The notes beneath the pieces are model-generated. The model was not told where the DNA came from. It did no database searches and saw nothing but the letters and a program-made list of their open reading frames with translations. DNA of 51,092 nucleotides, counting the filler, from Porpidia crustulata (lineage: Eukaryota): assembly GCA_964255105.1 (NCBI GenBank). It is 3 parts of 3 records of this genome, joined end to end, with 100 filler letters (N's around TTAATTAATTAA, not from the genome) between each part and the next. Parts side by side here need not be neighbours in the genome. Positions count along the whole stretch, not along the records: positions 1 to 17,001 come from CAXUWE010000237.1; positions 17,102 to 34,079 come from CAXUWE010000238.1; 1 more part is not named here. The stretch is one strand, 5' to 3'. Of the stretch, positions 10,627-22,010 are shown piece after piece (position 1 is the stretch's first letter; each line of letters opens with the position of its first letter). A program made the translations under genes and the position numbers.

Positions 10627-12801
10627 CTAGCATATTCTGTGCTCCGGCCTCCTCCACGGCACACCTAAAAGCTCGAATATCTTCTCCTCGCTCCGCGATT
10701 CCACTAAAGTCCCCTGCGTAATCCTCTCCCTCTTCTGACCTCCCATGACGTCCTTCCACAGCCCTCGTTGATTCAACCGCATGCCTTTCTTGCTAGCCAA
10801 AAGCCTTATGCTACGGTTGAAGATGTCGTTGCCCGTGAAGTAAATCAACGCGGCGCCCATTTCTTCCCAGGGGACCAGGAGAAAGTCAATGCGGCGCCAG
10901 ATCGTGGTGTTGGGCAGGGTGGCGGCACCGTGCCACTTCGAGCCGTTGGCTTGGGAAGTCACGGCGAGGGCGGCACAGAGGTACTTTTCGGCAAAGAGAC
11001 GGGGAATTACGGTGTCGATGATGATGGTCCGGAGGATGGAGGGAGAGCAGTCGGGTTTGGTAACGATGAAGTCAATATCGCCGCAGTCTGAGGCGCCACG
11101 GCGGTAGGAGCCGCCGATGGTGACCTCAATGGTTGGATCTACGGCGTGAATAGTTGCGGAGACGAAGTTTTTATGCTCTGCTGCTTCGCTACGTGGAATG
11201 CGCTGCAGGAAATCGTGATAGTGCTCAATACCAATCTTCTGATTCTTTGTCAGGGAGACTTTAGTACTGAGGTCCCCAAGAGTTCGATGACCTTGATCAA
11301 CCCAGAGCGTGGCTTGGGCGTAGCCCACCCCATATATCTTGATGAAAGCTTGAAGACTCAAGTCCGTGGGCTCTAAGATTGCATTTTCCAGTTGGCGAAG
11401 TCGATGAGTCCAAAATATTTCTTCGATTTTAGCAGCTAATCGTTCTCCAATGAAGGGTATTGCAAATGCTTGTTCCTTGGTAACTATCTTATAATTCACC
11501 TTGCGGAGAGCAGCAATAGCGCGTCGATAGGCGATCAGCCTCCAGTGGTCTTTTGTGCGATCGTAGTAATCGGCCATTTGCTGCAAGACCTCAATGGTCC
11601 GTTGGTTGGGGTTCCCAGGCTTGTCTATGCCGTCGTGTTTTTGCATGCAGCTGAACTTCTGCTGCCGTGAATTGTCAAGAGATCCCTTGTTAAGCCTCGG
11701 CCTTTTTGAAGGCCGTCCACTACCACTGCCATCAGATTCATCCGATGCCACGCCACTTGGTATGCTCTCCTCATCTAAGTCCAACGGAAGTTCCTTGGCC
11801 ATCCGGGCTTCTTCAATAGCATCGTCAAGAGCATCTTGAGGGTTCTCGTGAGGCCGGACCGAGGTTCCTGTGATAACAAGAGATTCAGTACTCGCCTTAT
11901 TGCTTGTGTCTATGCGATTCGTAAGCTCGATCTCGCCTCCTTCGCTTCTGGTGGGCGTCTGTGTATTCTGCATCGATCTCTTTTTCTTTTGCTTCACAAG
12001 CAATGGTGATACTGGCGATTTAAAACCGAGTTCGAATGTTGATGATTGAGCAGGTTTGATGGCTTCTTGGTGACCTCTGACGTGGTACATGACCTGGTTA
12101 GGATTGACGACGAAACGAAACTTTAGGCAATCCGCAGGGTAGATTTCATCAACCAAGTTAATTCCAGAAGGTAATCCCGAGATTTTGAGATACTTCAACA
12201 AGTCATTATAGCAAAGACTGCTGTCAGCTATGATATGGGTGATTCCACGCTCCCAGTCTTTCACCCACACAGCACCCCATTCCATGGCCTTCCTAATCCG
12301 AGCTCTTCGCGCCGGTGAAATGTCGTTGTTCGGGAAGAAGTAGAAGAACAGACCTTTGAAGATCTGCAGCGGCTTTGGCATTAGTACTAGCGGCTTCTCC
12401 CGTTTCCCCTTCTTTGAGGCTCTTGGACCTGGCTCGGGAGCACCAGATTGGAGGTATTTACCGGCCACAGGGGTTGTCCTGTTAAAGATTTTCTTTATAT
12501 TCTGGCGCCCCTTTCGAGTCACAGCCAAAGCCATTGGAGTATCTTCAATCACTTCCACATTCGCAGCTCCGGTTCGCGAAGGTGTTGGTATAGCCTGTCG
12601 AGTTCGACTTGCTGTATGTTCCATTGTAAGACTCGGCTGATGCAATTGGGGCCGATCCTGAAGCTCATGGCATGTCTCTCCATATCGAAAAGACATCAAA
12701 GCAGCACTGCTTGTGTCTTTCTCGTCATCCGCTTCATCCAGTCCGTATAACTCGTCAAAGAATATTTTCTTCTGCAACGAGGTCGCCTCCTTAGTCTCCA
12801 T
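10627..12801 (-). CDS. POL4: X-family DNA polymerase (Pol4 / Pol lambda-like), 724 aa, single exon
   Basis: BRCT-like region (FKGLFFYFFPNND..THII), lyase/HhH (WRLIAYRRAI..IPFIGERLAAKI, KIYGVG), palm GSYRRGASDCGDIDFIVT and RRIDFL, thumb YFTGNDIFNRSIR..LNQRGL..EEKIFELLGVPW. Confidence 0.95.
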   Translation of the reverse strand: METKEATSLQKKIFFDELYGLDEADDEKDTSSAALMSFRYGETCHELQDRPQLHQPSLTMEHTASRTRQAIPTPSRTGAANVEVIEDTPMALAVTRKGRQNIKKIFNRTTPVAGKYLQSGAPEPGPRASKKGKREKPLVLMPKPLQIFKGLFFYFFPNNDISPARRARIRKAMEWGAVWVKDWERGITHIIADSSLCYNDLLKYLKISGLPSGINLVDEIYPADCLKFRFVVNPNQVMYHVRGHQEAIKPAQSSTFELGFKSPVSPLLVKQKKKRSMQNTQTPTRSEGGEIELTNRIDTSNKASTESLVITGTSVRPHENPQDALDDAIEEARMAKELPLDLDEESIPSGVASDESDGSGSGRPSKRPRLNKGSLDNSRQQKFSCMQKHDGIDKPGNPNQRTIEVLQQMADYYDRTKDHWRLIAYRRAIAALRKVNYKIVTKEQAFAIPFIGERLAAKIEEIFWTHRLRQLENAILEPTDLSLQAFIKIYGVGYAQATLWVDQGHRTLGDLSTKVSLTKNQKIGIEHYHDFLQRIPRSEAAEHKNFVSATIHAVDPTIEVTIGGSYRRGASDCGDIDFIVTKPDCSPSILRTIIIDTVIPRLFAEKYLCAALAVTSQANGSKWHGAATLPNTTIWRRIDFLLVPWEEMGAALIYFTGNDIFNRSIRLLASKKGMRLNQRGLWKDVMGGQKRERITQGTLVESRSEEKIFELLGVPWRRPEHRIC

Positions 12802-14193
12802 GATGAGATTTCTTTGCGCATGTCCATTGGTATATATCTGTATATAGCGTTGGTGAATCTACCGTGACAAGCGTGAGATGAAGGCAGAAGCGCCCCCACC
12901 ACATTCCTTCCCCTCGCTCATTCACGCTAAAACCCGCTCGTGGCACGTTATCACATGACAAATCCAGGACGTCATTAAGGTAATGTCGACACTCTCTAGA
13001 TACCTTGTGTTGTCTAAAGTACCAAGGGCTCATAATTCTAATGCCATCTCTATAGACTGATCACAGAAAAAGACCCACGAGCCTGATACTTGTGTCGCTT
13101 AGCCTGTTCGTTTTTACAGCCATGACGTTGCGTTTGGCTTGTTTTCTCTCATGCGGAACGGTCTACATCGGACAAAGGAAGGCATGCAGCTAGACTTGTG
13201 GCTGGTCGATGGATCATTGTGCTTTCCAGCATGCAGTCGAGGTGCGCACTTCACGCTTGCTCCTTATTCGACGTGTAGTCGCAAACGACATAGCTTTGAA
13301 ACCCCACACGCAAACGCACTCGAGCTATGTGTAATCGAAAAGTTTCCTGTATACGTGAGGGATCATGGGGTTCCATAGATCATTCGTACTCTTCACTTTG
13401 CTTCCATCGATATTCCTTAGAAAACATCAGACCCAGTCCTTTAGAATGAGTATCAGTTCTTCCAAGCAAGAAATATCTCGTTTCTCGAACAATCGATGAA
13501 GGATGCGGGTGATCTTGATCTGCCATAAATCTTCACCAGCAGTTTTCACTTACAGAAAATATGTAGCCTGGGATGTATGACTTCTGCTAGGTACGATTTC
13601 CTTAGTCTCTGCGCTAGACAGTCCTCGTGAAGGTGATATTGCAATTTAACTGTAGTCCGTCTTCGAGCGCTTAAGCATCGGATTCTGTTTGCCTTCTTGT
13701 GACTGCCATGCGGGCGTCATTGGCAGCCTGTGCTGATGATTTCATCATCACTGGTTACTGGCTTCGATTTGCTCCGCGTTTTATGTTGGCCGAAGATGTA
13801 ATGAGTCTGGCCCTGCTGTTTGTATGATGAGTGGAAAGAACGAGGAGGATTCTTGCGCAGCTCAGAGATCAGCATCGGCTTTGGCATTAGGTCGTGCAGT
13901 GATCGGAATATTTGATCAAGTCTTTTCTATAGAAGAAAGAAAGATAAGGATATTCATGTGATTTACACAGTTTATGTCGCTTGTGATACGTCTGCTATTC
14001 GTTTTGTCCTTCATTCCTTTACTTGCTGCACATATCTATTTTTATCTGATTCTCCGCATCAAGTTCTTCTTTTTGTGAAATTCCTTTCGAAGATACTAAA
14101 AGTTGTGCATTGATCATGGCATCTTTGGCTCAACGGCCGACGTTCTCCATTAATATCCGGTATCTTGATCGTACCTCGAGCTGATGGTTCGAT

Positions 14194-14487
14194 CTTACTG
14201 ACCAAACGCCTAATGCTGCGATTGAGGATGTCATTAGTAGTGAAGTAAATCAGCACCGCACCCATTATAAAAACACGAATCTAGAGTTCATGCTGACACT
14301 CTCCTAGAATAATTATAGGAGGTGAATCTGTTATGAGAGATGTCTAAATTACCGTCTGAGACGCCACATTGCAGGCATAAGAGCATTTCTGCGAGATATT
14401 CGCGATGCTGTTGTTTAGACTATCGGCATTTCCAATGATGGAATAGAAATGTGCGAATTCCGCTCGATGTGTTCATTTAAAGTCATG
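14194..14487 (-). pseudogene. Degenerate relic of a second POL4-like gene
   Basis: 14265-14194 reads MGAVLIYFTTNDILNRSIRRLVSK, against POL4 MGAALIYFTGNDIFNRSIRLLASK (19/24 aa, 55/72 nt). 14368-14329 reads CGVSD-GNLDI/LIT against RGASDCGDIDFIVT. 14487-14452 reads HDFK*THRAEFA against HDFLQRIPRSEAA. The patches are colinear, with stops and indels. Confidence 0.75.
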
Positions 14488-14969
14488 ATTAGATAGCCCT
14501 TGATGAGCATCCTCTCTGTTGCAATAGACTTGGCTTGACCTGAATTCCGCCATGGTTTACGCGAATAGCGATCCGCGTGGCCTTTGTATCGTAAACGTAT
14601 CTAGATTGTGCATTCGAATTTGATCTACACGTTTTCCCTAAGCCTTTTAGTATTTACAGAATCAAAATAGTTCGGTAGTTCGTTGTCTCAGCGTTTAGGT
14701 ACTGTGATAAACTATCTGTTTAGCGTTCCGAAATAACGCGCTAGTCACCTAGTAATAACCATTTGGTTTGGAAAACCATCAATAGTAGACTTTAATACCA
14801 AATGCCATGAGGTAGATAGGCATCACTTACTACAACACGAGATCTGATTTTACGCAATTTTGAGATTCTCGTCCTCCTTTCTGCCAGTCTCGGCGAAATC
14901 CAGACTGAACTTAGTCCTCCTGGACAGAGTTCGTTCACAAATTGTGCGGGACGTCAACAATCTATAATC

Positions 14970-17001
14970 ATGGAAGCTTCACGAGGCCCCCCAAGGGTAA
15001 AGAACAAAAGCGCGGCACCGACGCAGATATCAGCAGAGCAGCTGCTGCGAGAAGCCGTAGATCGACAAGAGCCAGGTTTGCAAGCGCCGACGCAGCGGTT
15101 TGCTGACCTAGAAGAACTCCATGAATTTCAAGGAAGGAAAAGGAAAGAGTTCGAGGACTATGTACGCCGAAATCGGATAAACATGAATAATTGGATGCGA
15201 TATGCGCAATGGGAATTAGAGCAGAAAGAGTTCCGGAGAGCCAGGTCGATATTCGAAAGGGCGCTGGATGTTGACTCGACGTCCGTTGTGCTGTGGATAC
15301 GCTATATCGAGGCTGAAATGAAGACAAGGAATATCAATCATGCTAGAAACTTGTTGGATAGATCTGTGACCATTCTACCGCGAGTCGACAAATTGTGGTA
15401 TAAATATGTCTATATGGAGGAGACGCTCGGCAACATTCCAGGGACTCGACAGGTGTTCGAGCGGTGGATGTCCTGGGAACCAGATGAAGCTGCGTGGAGC
15501 GCTTATATTAAGCTCGAAAAGAGATACAATGAATATTCGAGAGCTAGGGACATCTTTGAAAGGTTTACAGTTGTCCATCCAGAGCCCAGGAATTGGATCA
15601 AGTGGGCTAGATTTGAGGAAGAGAATGGCACTAGCGACCTGGTCCGCGAAGTATTTGGCATGGCTATCGAGCGGCTCGGAGATGACTTCATGGATGAACG
15701 CCTCTTCATAGCATATGCTAAGTTCGAGGCGAAGCTCAAAGAGTACGAGCGTGCAAGAGCGATATACAAGTATGCTCTTGACCGGCTACCTAGATCAAAA
15801 GCCATGATACTCCATAGGAATTACACAACGTTTGAAAAACAATTTGGTGATCGCGAAGGCGTAGAGGACGTCATCCTATCAAAACGTCGAGTGCAATACG
15901 AAGAACAAGTGAAGGAAAACCCAAAGAACTACGATGTCTGGTTCGACTACGCCCGGCTCGAAGAAATTTCAGGAGATCCAGATCGGACCCGAGATGTCTA
16001 CGAGCGAGCCATAGCTCAAATCCCTCCGACGCAAGAAAAGCGTCACTGGCGCCGCTACATATATCTTTGGGTCTTCTACGCCCTCTGGGAAGAAATGGAC
16101 AACCAGGACGCTGAACGTGCTCGGCAGATCTACCAAGAATGTCTTAAACTCGTCCCGCATAAGAAATTCACCTTTGCCAAAATCTGGCTCATGAAAGCCC
16201 AATTCGAGATCCGCCGCACAGAGCTCACGGCCGCGCGGAAAACCCTCGGCCAAGCTATAGGCATGTGCCCCAAAGACAAGCTCTTCAAAGGCTACATCGA
16301 CCTCGAACGAAAACTCTACGAGTTCATCCGCTGCCGTACCCTTTACGAAAAACACATCGAATGGAACCCCGCCAACTGCCAAGCCTGGATCAAATTCGCC
16401 GAGCTCGAGCGCGGCCTCGAGGACCTCGACCGTGCCCGCGCCATCTTCGAGCTCGCCGTCGACCAGCCCGTCCTTGACATGCCTGAACTTCTCTGGAAAG
16501 CCTATATTGACTTCGAAGAGGAAGAAGGCGAGTACGACCGCACGCGCGCCCTCTATGAGCGCCTCCTCGCCAAGACCGACCACGTCAAAGTCTGGATCTC
16601 CTACGCCCATTTCGAAATCAACATCCCGGACCCCTCAGACCCCGACTCCGATCCTGAAACCGCAGACCCGGACCCAGATCCCGCCCTCCCTCTCTCCGAC
16701 GCCGCCAAGCGCCGTGCCCGCGCCATCTTCACCCGCGCCTACGCCGCCATGAAGGCGAAAAACCTCAAAGAAGAGCGTGTGGCGCTGCTAAACGCCTGGC
16801 GCGGGTTCGAGGCCACGCACGGCGGTAACGTGGACCGCGAGGAGGTGGAGCGCCAGATGCCGCGCAAGGTGAAGAAGAGGCGGAAGCTCGAGGATGGCAG
16901 TTTCGAGGAGTACATGGATTTCGTGTTTCCGACGGATGATGTGCAGGCTGCGAAGCTAAGCAGTTTGCTGGCGCGGGCGCATGAGTGGAAGAGGGGGGGT
17001 G
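14970..17001 (+). CDS. CLF1: Pre-mRNA splicing factor Clf1/Syf3 (crooked-neck, HAT repeats); stop codon lost in the gap
   Basis: N-terminus [28 protein letters not shown], many HAT repeats ([22 protein letters not shown]), C-terminal [19 protein letters not shown]. The ORF runs into Ns at 17002. Confidence 0.96.
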
Positions 17002-17101
17002 NNNNNNNNNNNNNNNNNNNNNNNNNNNNNNNNNNNNNNNNNNNNTTAATTAATTAANNNNNNNNNNNNNNNNNNNNNNNNNNNNNNNNNNNNNNNNNNN
17101 N
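17002..17101. other. Artificial assembly gap spacer
   Basis: 44 N + TTAATTAATTAA (stops in all six frames) + 44 N = 100 nt. Confidence 0.97.
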
Positions 17102-17220
17102 ACCAACCCCCTTCAATACTGCGAAGAAAAAAGGTGATGAGGAAAATTTTGATGTTGGATTCGGACCGAATGTGGGGACGAGAGAACGTTGGTCGTGGTT
17201 GGTGGAAAACGGGGTTGAAA

Positions 17221-17254
17221 GAGATGGGAGATGGGAGATGGGAGATGGAAGATG
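17221..17254 (+). repeat. (GAGATGG)n 7-bp tandem repeat, 4 perfect copies plus a partial one
   Basis: GAGATGG GAGATGG GAGATGG GAGATGG AAGATG read directly. Confidence 0.85.
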
Positions 17255-17602
17255 CACTTAAAGTCGCCAGCAATGGAATTTGGATAATAGGTGAGACAAG
17301 GCCGAGGAGCCGCTACACTTTTTTTTTTTGCATACCGAGTGCTATACAATTTCTGGTACGGAAACTCAACTCTAAACGGATTTTCTTTTTTGGCGGAAAC
17401 GCCACGTCCGTGACGGCCAGCTTTGGTTGTACGTATATTCGTGATCAGGCGACGTTTAGGGTGTTACGGATAAGTTGATCTATGATAGACATCTAAAAGT
17501 AAGCAACGCAAGCAAAAGCCCAAGAGTCACACTATAATCCCCACGTCAATCTACTGTCGTCCGTCGCGATTGTTCTCATGCACACTCATACGCAGTTACC
17601 AT

Positions 17603-20600
17603 CTACAGCCACACCCCGGTGAATTTGATATAGAGCATCTTGACCAACTGCACCTCAACACAATAAAGCACCAATTCCGCGGCCAGAAACCCGATAAAAG
17701 ACTTCGCCGGCCTCACAAATTCTAACGCGTGCGCAATGGGTGGAATGTAAGGCAACAAAAACCCCACGAGCATAATCGTCACGGTGGTAGTGACCAGCAC
17801 CTTGGCGGCTCGGCTCTGGAAGACGGGCACTTTGGCGGTGCGCAGGAGGTGCACGATCAGCGTTTGGGTCAAGAGGCCCTCGAGGAACCAATGCGTGTGG
17901 AAACGCGCCAGAGCACTTGGGTCGTCGGCGGTGCGGATGCCAAAGTAGAACCAATTGAGGCAGAAGGTGCACATGTCGATGGTGGAGGACGTGGGCCCGA
18001 AGACGATGATGAATCGTAGGAGGTCCTTGGTGTTCCACTGGTGCGGTTCGAGGAGGTACTCTTCGTCCATGCGGTCCCACGGGATGGCGATTTGACTCAT
18101 GTCGTATAGTAGGTTCTGGATTAGGATCTGGAGGGCCGTCATGGGTTCAAAAGGCAGCCAGGCGCTTGCGATGAGGATACTGAAAACGTTGCCGAAGTTG
18201 GAGGATGCTACCATTTTGATGTACTTGATTGTGTTGCCGTGGGTGATGCGTCCAATTGTCACGCAGTCGACAATGATCCCAAGTGCTTTCTCCGTCAGAA
18301 TGACATCCGCACACTCTTTAGCCACATTCGCGCCTGTATCGACAGAGATTCCGACGTCGGCAAATCTTAGTGCAACGCTGTCATTAATGCCGTCGCCCAG
18401 AAAGCCGACACATTTGCCCATGGCTTTGAGTCTTAATACCACTGCCACATGTCAGCTTTACCCAACGCTGGTCGTAGTTGTCACATACCTTCTCCTTTTT
18501 GGTTGGGGGTTAATTTTGCAAAGACCCGGCATGTTTTGAGAACTCCATCATATTCATCAGTCCCTTCCAACTTTGTTAGATCAGGCCCATTGATGGCTTG
18601 AACCGCTCCCTCTTCGGCCTCCTCTATCAGATCTAAAGATCTGCAAACCTTCATCGCTACCCCGAGATTATCACCAGTGAGGACCTTGACTTCGACACCC
18701 AGAGTTTGAAGCCTATGAATCGAAGGAGCAGCATCTTCTTTTGGGGGATCGAGAAAGGTCAACAGGCCCTCTACTGTCATGTCACTATCGGCTTCCATAA
18801 GCAGATCTTCGTCTGCAATATCGCGTTCGTTTATTTCTTTGGTTGCAACGAGGATTACCCTGTAGCCATCGTTGTTGAGTGTGGTGACTTGTTTCGACAG
18901 GACTTGCCTATTTTCTTGGGTCGCCGTCACTGACAGGGCTCCATTGCGGAAAGTTGGGCATAACGCCAATAGTTCTTCAAAAGCACCCTTGCAGACAAGG
19001 AGCAGTTTACCAGTAGTTGCATTGCGCACGATGCAGCTTGAGCGACGTTTCTCAAACGTAAATGGAATCTCTGCAACCTTTTCATGCGGTGGGATGGATG
19101 ACTGCTTCTCAGCGCCTTCCACATAGCGTAGGACAGCAGAGTCGATGCTGTTCTTCTTTCCGCTCTGATTAAACGCGTTTATGTAGCCTAACTGTAGGAC
19201 TCTATTATCACTCGTGCCGAAGCAATCAAGGTGGTGGCGCAAAGCAATCTCATCCTTGGTCAGGGTTCCGGTCTTCACGATGTACAATTAGCAAGAGGTG
19301 TATTCTTTTAGATCGTACACTTACTTTATCGCTACACAATACCGACATTCCTCCCATATTTTGAATAGCATCTAATCGCTTTACGATAGCCTTTTTCTTT
19401 GAAAGGGCGAAAGCGCCCCGGGCAAGGTTTGCATTGACAATGGCCGGGAGCATCTCAGGAACCACACCGACAGCGACGGAGACAGCAAAAAGCGCAGCAG
19501 CCCTCCAATTGCCAGTCGAGTTGCCAGAGACAACGAGGACCTGGTAATTGAATTAGCCATGTAACGTATAAACCACCACTATGAATCGGTAACTTACAAT
19601 GGGTACCATAATGAGCATGAATGTTATCATCAGATAGCTGACGTGGCGAACACCTTGTTGAAACGCATTGACTGGTCGTTTCTTATTCAGCTCTTTCATA
19701 ATGCTAGCGATGAATGCTCTGTCGCCAGTGGCGAGCACCAATGCTAGCCCGCTGCCAGATATAACGCTCGTTCCCATGAATAGAAGATTCTCCCGTTCGA
19801 ACAAGCCTGGGCTGACCTTTTCTGGGAAAAGACTCACAGTCTTCCGCAGTGGCTCCGACTCTCCAGTAAGAGACGATTGACTAACCTGAAGATGGGATGC
19901 CTCGACCACCAGGCAATCTGCCGGAATACTGTCACCAGGATTAATATGGATCACTTCTCCCGGTACAAGATCCCTCTCATCGACTGCAACCTCGAGATGA
20001 TGATCCACCTTCAGTGCAGACTCCGGTCGACGCACTTGCACAAAAGTAGTAGTAGAGTTCTGAAGCTTAACGGCTTCCGCATTGCCACGATACTCTTGCC
20101 AGAACCGCACTGTACACGAGATCACAATCATAACGACCAGGATGGTGAAGGTTGACTATGTTTGTTAGCGGTAGGTCAACAGGATCTGTTGTGTCAGAGC
20201 CTTACCCAATTTGGTGGAGGCGTCGCAGCACTGATAATTGCGAGAATGCTTAACAAAATGTTGAAAGGATTTGGCAAAACCGAAAGAAGGAGCTGCCACC
20301 ATGCGGGCGGCTTGTTGCTCGATAGTATGTTGGGTCCGCAAGTGAGGAGTCTGCAAGCTGCATCCTCTTCAGAGAGGCCGTTGACGCTCGAGGACAGGCA
20401 TTCCATCGCATCCTCCACATACTCAGAGGCATACCCCTCTAGTACCTCCTCACACTTGGCGTCCTGTGCCCATTTGTGGTTCTGCCATCTTGGCTTCAGG
20501 TTGGAGACTACGTCGAATTAGTGCGGACTTCAAAAATGCTGTTCACTCATAACATACCCTGATTCAATTCCACATCGTAACAAGTACCCCGCTTTCCTCC

Positions 20601-20657
20601 AACCAGGCCTCTCCAAGAGCTTGCCTGCACACGCTTTGAGAAGCTAAGAGCCGACAT
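17603..20657 (-). CDS. Mg2+-transporting P-type ATPase, P3B (bacterial MgtA/MgtB-like), 6 exons
   Basis: Spliced model from ATG 20657 is open across 5 GT-AG introns. Motifs: NPFNILL, RFWQEYR, LTGESEP, M4 VPEMLP, CSDK|TGTLT (intron 19324-19273), KGAFEE, FLDPPK, LTGDN, GDGINDS, NTIKYIKMVASSNFGNVFS, NLLYDMSQ, FHTHWFLEGLLTQTLIVH. PEMLP and SSNFGN are characteristic of MgtA-type pumps. Confidence 0.9.
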
Positions 20658-22010
20658 TTCGCTTCAATGTTCGCTTATATTCGATCGACGTTTACATATG
20701 ATTACCACGACGTTACGGAAGGGGGTGGTGCCTCCGGTGTCTTAGCCCACAGCCACTATGCGACGTCAGTCGGGCATTTCTCTGGAGGGTTTGGGTTCAT
20801 CTTACCTCTCATGCTTCATATCCAAATTTCTCTTCTATAATCTAAGTTGTGTAGTATACCATTCTAATCTGGTTCTAATCGTAAATATTCTGCTTGTCGG
20901 CCAAGTTATGGTGGCCTTGTCGGTTGGCGTAGTTCGCCAACACGGGCGCTGAATTGCGCCGCTCGAACGAAAGTCTTGTCAGTCGCCAGAATTGTGGTTG
21001 ACCACGAGAAGCTCGTAGTCAAAGGCTTTCAAGAGTGGGCTTCGTAAAGCTTTGACAAACAAATGATAGACGAAGCTCAAGAAATTCTAAGCACGATATG
21101 AAAAGATCTTATGTATCAAATAGGTAATGATACTTTGTGATGAGAAAGAGTGATGAAGTGTCGCAAGAAGATGTTGAGAGATTTCCTGAGTGGATTAATT
21201 GGGAAATTGCACATGCAAGTGTGGGTTCGAGAGTACTTCGGAACGAGTAAGTAATGCGGTTGTGAAAAGACTAACTTCGCCTAAAATAGGTAGGTGAAAG
21301 TGCGGTATGGTAATGAACGGATAATGATTGGGGGAGAAGAGTTTTCACCGGCGCTTGTCACAAAATCCCTCATATGAAATCGACGTCAGCAATGTACGAG
21401 TATCACCGTCGCAACTATCGCTCTCTAGCTAGGGACAATTGTGTAGTTATTGATTGAGGCGTTCGATCAGTGTTTCAATTGAAGAGATGGCAGTGTTGCA
21501 ATATCGCTTTGAGCAACTGAGCACCCTGCTGCTTCCGGTTAGACTCCAAAAGTCAAGCGCGCGTTTAAGCGCTTCTTCATCATCACCAAGCGGCCGATCT
21601 TTCCATTCAGTGAGTTGAGACCGAGATGCCCAAATACAACGTGACTGTGTTAGTAATTTACAGAGCTTTCTACGTGAATTAGGAAATTCAACATGTAAGG
21701 GCCTTGGTCAAATACTCTAGCTTTCCTCGGTATTTCAAAAATTACAGTTACACCGCTACGCGAACTGTATATCGCTGAGGTTCTGGACAGAAAGTATACA
21801 ACAAGCCAGGCCATATGCCTCAAAGTATCCAGCATCCACCGCTCGAGATCCTCGTATCTGAAATGTCCAACAGAAATAGCCGCCGTATCCGACCCGGATT
21901 CCAACGCCAGCATTGGGGCAGAAATGAAGAACACCGATGCTGGTCCGAATTGCATCCTCGTACCCTGTACTTGCTATGTCCACGTCCATCGTCCCGTTGC
22001 CGTCGACCCA

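Noticed and set aside
16620..16700. Asp-Pro-rich insert in Clf1 ([20 protein letters not shown])
   Set aside because: Low-complexity loop at a position that is typically acidic and variable; it also tracks the local C-rich bias.
17046..17057. TTAATTAATTAA palindrome, repeated at 34124-34135
   Set aside because: Centred in identical 100-nt N blocks; it is an artificial six-frame stop linker. ORFs ending in LIN there are artefacts.
21650..21955. 101-aa minus-strand ORF downstream of teaA
   Set aside because: Starts ~55 nt after the teaA stop, likely within its 3' UTR, and has no recognisable motif.
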